64,000 bases of DNA, taken from Lama guanicoe (taxonomy: Eukaryota). Location of the stretch: assembly GCA_013239625.1 (NCBI GenBank), contig MU053557.1, forward strand, positions 2,386,123 through 2,450,122, read 5' to 3'. Position numbers and translations under genes: made by a program. This document shows positions 62,870 to 64,000 of the stretch, one piece after another; position 1 is the first letter of the stretch, and each line of letters opens with the position of its first letter. A model generated the notes under the pieces. That model worked only from the letters and a program-made list of their open reading frames with translations, was not told where the DNA came from and did no database searches.

Positions 62870-64000
<1,131 letters not shown>

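Overview
Mammalian genomic DNA, probably camelid: it carries tRNA-Ala-derived SINEs resembling the camelid vic-1 family. Bases 1-50.6 kb hold the 3' part of TCERG1 (CA150) on the + strand, with 21 exons traced by splice sites and a continuous reading frame. These encode WW1-3, the Gln-Ala tract and FF1-6, and include cassette-type 63-nt and 51-nt exons. The first exons lie upstream of the window. The intronless class A GPCR GPR151 lies tail-to-tail on the - strand (53524-54786). Introns and intergenic DNA contain L1, L2, MIR, SINE, LTR and hAT remnants. The least explained features are: (i) an orphan CpG island at about 58.8-59.6 kb with a CCAAT box, an inverted ETS pair, an upstream 35-bp minisatellite and a chain of exon-like segments; (ii) candidate poison, micro- and decoy exons in TCERG1 introns; (iii) a Trp-Cys-Glu interruption of the QA repeat; (iv) an open 69-codon upstream extension of GPR151 with a co-oriented LTR. 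Nothing here proves a new system. Repeat family names, exon numbers and comparisons with human are from memory, not from database searches.
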